Source of the DNA: Eledone cirrhosa
Taxonomy: Eukaryota
DNA: 64,000 nt
Direction: 5' to 3'
Assembly: GCA_964016885.1 (NCBI GenBank)
Contig: OZ024742.1
Span: forward strand, 240,746,001 to 240,810,000
How positions within the stretch are numbered: position 1 is the first letter of the stretch; each line of letters opens with the position of its first letter. Below are positions 59,096 to 64,000 of the stretch, one piece after another. A program made the translations under genes and the position numbers. The notes under the pieces are model-generated. The model was not told where the DNA came from and searched no databases. It was given only the letters and a program-made list of their open reading frames with translations.

Positions 59096-60286
59096 AATAA
59101 ACAAGAGAGGATGAATAAAACTCATATAACGTTAATTTGGGGGAAATATTTTCTAAGTATATATCTTAATAGTACGTGTATTTACGATTATTAGTTGTTT
59201 AAAATTCGTTTATAATATAATATTTTCTGTTATAAGTAGATAAATAAATAAATAAATAAATAAATAAATAGATGGGTATATCATGTAATAGATAATTGTT
59301 TTGATGAGTTATGAGGGATATTGCTTTTGTATTTAATGTAAGTAAATATTAAGTTAAATTAAATACAAGTTAACTGAGTTAATAAGAATATTTATATTTA
59401 TATATTTTAAAATGGGAAGATAAGGAAAAACGCCAGTTTGATTTATTTATTCGTTAATATGAGACTATTTAGTCAAAATAAGTATAAATGTTGAAAGATA
59501 TATTTAGCCAGAATCTGTTAGTGGTTATAAATCTAATAAAAAATATTAAAAATTTGAGAAAAATCTTTTTAAAAAATAATTTATAAGAGATAAGTAATTT
59601 TCAAAAGAAATAAAAATTAAAGAAATAAAAATAAAGAATTAAAAATTATTAAGATTAAAATTACAATTAAAATTTAAATTTAATTTAAAAAAAAATTAGA
59701 ATTATATATGTATATATTTTATGAAACTAAGAAGTGGAATTATAGCAAATTTTATAGATATTATGATTTAGAGATATCAATATATTAAAACCAAGTGGAT
59801 AAGATTGGTATGGAAATAAGTAGAAATATTATAAGTATAATTATAATTTATATATAGTTTTGAATGTTGAATTCAGGCGCTGTCTACAAGGATTAAATAA
59901 ATTCGTTCTTAGATTAATAGAGTTCTTACATTTAAGTATGAAAAAGATTTCCTCAACACACAATTTGCAGAATCTAGATAAAGCTGTGTTTCAGTACGCG
60001 GGTGCTCCTGATATTTTTTCCCAAGTTAATGATTAGTCCATATTCTTGCATTTTAAGTTCCATATCAGGTTTGAAAGAGAAGTTTTTATCAAATCTTTTG
60101 AAAGAGCATTTGAGATTATTCCAGCGACTTTTAAATTCTGTAAAATTTGCACCTACATAGTTAAATATATTACCACTGGTTTTGATTGTACATTTATAGA
60201 CCACGTCCTTATCTAAACACTTATATTGTAAAGGACAGTTTGATTTAACTCTACAGTTGCATTTTGCGGGAAAATGCCGCAAATGT

Positions 60287-60290
<4 letters not shown>
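58650..60290 (-). mobile_element. PLE 3' fragment: CxC-type GIY-YIG endonuclease plus putative long AT-rich 3' UTR
   Basis: KCNCRVKSNCPLQYKCLDKDVVYKC..YVG..FKSRWNN, then frameshifted LSNLIWNLK..W..CKLCVEE; extent of the UTR is uncertain. Confidence 0.72.
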
Positions 60291-60344
<54 letters not shown>

Positions 60345-60346
<2 letters not shown>

Positions 60347-60915
60347 TATAGTTGCATATATATATTATTTTAACACGTCTGTTGAGAACTCTAATTCGAT
60401 AAGTGATATTTTGTATTTTTACAAAAATATACACTTTACTGAATTCATTCGCCTAATATAGGGTTCCCTCCCTTGCTAGACTCCATGTGCGTTTAGTAAC
60501 GGGTCGGGTGTCTCTATATTTTTGAACGAAATGCCTGTTGAGAAAGCAGTTTCCTCGTTCATCTTTTTACCAGAAGTCAGATATAATTTTTATGTGGGCC
60601 GACGGTAATTGATTAAGGAACTGCAGAAACCCATAAAGCTAGATTTTAACATCTTTCTAGCGGGTCCGGGTAAGATTTTACATTCATTTAATTTATTAAT
60701 TTATTAATTTATTAATTTATTATTTGTGTGACCCGAATTTTCCTGGTCGTTTTTTCGGCTGTGCGAATGATTTTAAGCATTGTCTCTATGTGTTGGTATT
60801 TAAACGATAGTTATAGCTCTGGTTTATCCAAACTATTGAGCCCTTTGCCACACATTTCGAAGATTGTGTTTCGTGATTTCGTGGGCCGAGATTCCGATTC
60901 TCGATTATTTATTTG
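60345..60915 (+). mobile_element. Relative of the 19.3-20.5 kb element
   Basis: 60725-60910 aligns to tail 20335-20515 (ggtattt.aacgatagttatagctctg..tattgagccct..catttcgaa); (TA)n flanks. Confidence 0.6.
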
Positions 60916-60954
60916 TATTTATATATATATATAAGTATAGTTGCATATATATAT

Positions 60955-61241
60955 AAGTATAAAGAAAAGAAATTGAAAATGCAACTGGAGTTTTTAAGAA
61001 TATTTATTTACTTTACCGGTTCCGCAGTTCTCATGATTATCAAATGTAAAATTGAGATGTATTTCTGTTGAGGTGTGTCTAGAAATGCAAACCCTACATC
61101 TCAATTTTGCTTTTGATAATCATGAGAACTGCGAAACCGGTAGAGTAAATAAATATTCTTAAAAACTCCAGTTGCATTTTCAATTTCTTTTCCTTATACT
61201 TTTACCCGTGTGGGGGAATTAAAAAAAAACTTATGGTCTTG
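60955..61241. mobile_element. Fold-back insertion (~105-bp arms) plus 40-bp tail
   Basis: Arms ~60956-61064 / 61095-61200; degenerate hammerhead-like TTGATAA..GAAA ccgg TA. Confidence 0.8.
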
Positions 61242-61257
61242 TATATATATATATATA

Positions 61258-61422
61258 TAAAATGTGGTAAGGAACCAGGTGGACCATAACCCCCAGAGTA
61301 CTAGATGCTTAGGGCAGTAGAGTGGGTAATAGGAAAAGAGTTAGGACCCCGACGGCTGAGCCCCGGCCGTTTCCAAAGCTAGATCAGAACTAGCTGTCGA
61401 AACGGCCGGAACCCTTTTCCTA
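61258..61422. mobile_element. Family A, diverged fold-back copy
   Basis: gtggtaaggaaccaggtggaccataac..ggaccccgacggctgagc..gtcgaaacgg. Confidence 0.75.
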
Positions 61423-61433
61423 TATATATACAC

Positions 61434-61500
<67 letters not shown>

Positions 61501-61580
61501 GTAATAATAATAAAATTGAAGACTAAAATCCAAAGAGGGCTGCGATTCTTTGCTTAAACTTTAATCTGTTATTTTAATAA

Positions 61581-61631
<51 letters not shown>

Positions 61632-61668
61632 AGTTTATCCCGGGTTCTGTCGGGGGTAACCATAGTAT

Positions 61669-61751
<83 letters not shown>

Positions 61752-62221
61752 ACATATATATATATATATATGTATATATGTATATCTTTGTATATATATA
61801 TATAATATATATATATTCTGCTTTTATTACTTTCAGTCACTAGACTGCAGTCATGCTTGGGTAACGTTTGATTTATTCGATCATATTGATTCCAGTATTT
61901 ATTTTCTCAAGTCTGGCACTGAGCTTATCGATATCCTTTTTGTCAAATATTTAAGTTAGCGATGATATACACAGAGATACAGACAAACGTAAACTTAGGC
62001 ATACACACATAATTTATATTCATATCTCAACATTTATTTATGGAAATGGACTTCTTAAAAACCTGCCACATCTTTCTAGTTTATCATATTAGCGTCACCT
62101 ATGATATTTTCCATGTATTCTGTGTTATGTAACAAAAATTATTTCCAGTTGAATGATCGAGGGAGCCCGCGAAACTCAAAGTAGCAACAGAGAGTAATCG
62201 GAGTAATATAATGTAAAATAC

Positions 62222-62402
62222 ATAATTGTTTCTACTTTAGGCACAAGGCCAGCAATTAACCATTGTATTACTGGTACTTTATTTTATCGACCCCGTAAGG
62301 ATGAAAGGCAAAGTCAACCTCGGCGGGATTTGAACTCAGATCGTAAAGTGACGTAACTATGCTAGAAAGCATGGCGTCCGACCCTCCACCGATACTGCCA
62401 AT
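62222..62402 (-). mobile_element. SINE S1, full length
   Basis: Canonical S1 head, B-box and core. Confidence 0.85.
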
Positions 62403-62546
62403 TCTCCGTTGCAATGTAAAATATATAATAATATAATGTAAAATATATAATAATATAATGTAATGTAATATAATATAATATATAATAATATATAAATAAA
62501 ATATAATGAAATAATATATAATATAATATTATATATATACACACAA

Positions 62547-62626
<80 letters not shown>

Positions 62627-62900
62627 GTGCATATATATATATGTATGTATATACACACAGACTGACACAGACACAGACACACACAGACAGACACATAGAC
62701 ACACACACACATACGCGCGCGCACACACACACTCACGTTCATACACATATATTCACATGTCTCCACAATATATATGATGCATTAAATATGACAAATAAAA
62801 TAATCCTATTGACATATTTTGTTTAATGTATATATACATAAATTCACATACATTCACATACATACACACACACACACACACGCACACACACACACGCACG

Positions 62901-62988
<88 letters not shown>

Positions 62989-63104
62989 ATTTCCATGTTA
63001 TCCTGAAAAACAAAAGAGGTTTTCACTTAAATGAACAACATACATATAGACAGTATTATATTTCTTCCACATACGCATATACACACTCACTCACACACAT
63101 ACAT

Positions 63105-63169
<65 letters not shown>

Positions 63170-63302
63170 CATATATGTATATATATATTTATACATATAT
63201 GTATATATATATGTATATATATATGTATGTATATATTCATATATATATATATGTATATATGTTGTTATACAGGCATATATATATAAATAAACGTTCCGGT
63301 TT

Positions 63303-63340
<38 letters not shown>

Positions 63341-63349
63341 TATATACAC

Positions 63350-63420
<71 letters not shown>

Positions 63421-63424
<4 letters not shown>

Positions 63425-63579
63425 AAAACGTATGACCCCGACGGCAGAGCTCAGAAATAGCCGTCCAGAAATAGCCGTCGATACGGCTTGAGCTCTGCCG
63501 TCGGGGTCATACTTTTTCCTATTACCCACTCTACTACCCTAAGTATTGAGTACTCTGGTTCCTTACCACAATTCTTTCG

Positions 63580-63582
<3 letters not shown>
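63421..63582. mobile_element. Family A fold-back copy
   Basis: Short inverted arm, forward arm and internally deleted tail; (TA)n flanks. Confidence 0.8.
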
Positions 63583-63655
<73 letters not shown>

Positions 63656-63946
63656 AGTACATGTAAGTATGTATCTATGTATGTGTGTTACATATATATG
63701 TATATAGATATATTGTTGGTAACAAGTTGAGAATGAGGAAGAGAAAATGTAAAGGGAGAAGAGAGAGACGGAAACGCAGACATTTTCTATGACATTAGAG
63801 ACAGTAAATATATCGAAATAAAGAATGTTCGATAATTGAATAGCGTACGTAAATACACATACACACACAAAAGGACAAACAGAAGCATATTTATACATAT
63901 ATATATATATACATGTATATACATAAGGAGCGAGACATAGGGAAGG

Positions 63947-63979
<33 letters not shown>

Positions 63980-64000
63980 CATATATATATACAGAGAGAG

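Noticed and set aside
60530-60675. CTGTTGA..GAAA ccc..ggg TC as a hammerhead
   Set aside because: Core mutated and stem I does not pair convincingly; at best a decayed motif

Overview
AT-rich, microsatellite-dense animal genomic DNA. The SINE types suggest a cephalopod/octopus genome (inference). No host protein-coding exon can be supported, and almost all ORF-track entries outside the transposons are microsatellite artefacts. The recognisable content is mobile DNA: a cluster of three R4/Dong-clade non-LTR retrotransposons (2.2-11.3 kb, linked to TAA repeats), Penelope-like elements (PLEs; one nearly complete RT + GIY-YIG copy at 35.9-39.2 kb and two CxC-type GIY-YIG fragments), mariner, hAT and piggyBac derivatives, RTE and CRE fragments, and about 20 tRNA-derived SINEs. 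The most striking pattern is that the (TA)n tracts are repeatedly interrupted by short insertions from at least 10 unrelated families. Most share one architecture: an inverted arm, the same arm forward, then a unique tail on one side only. Many carry type I hammerhead ribozymes (about 15 motifs read by eye), including a tandem pair with a compensatory U3-A8 core and a recurrent U.U at the base of stem II. The large PLE has exactly this architecture, which links the mini fold-backs to (TA)n-targeted PLE retrotransposition. Coordinates were read by eye and are approximate at repeat edges.
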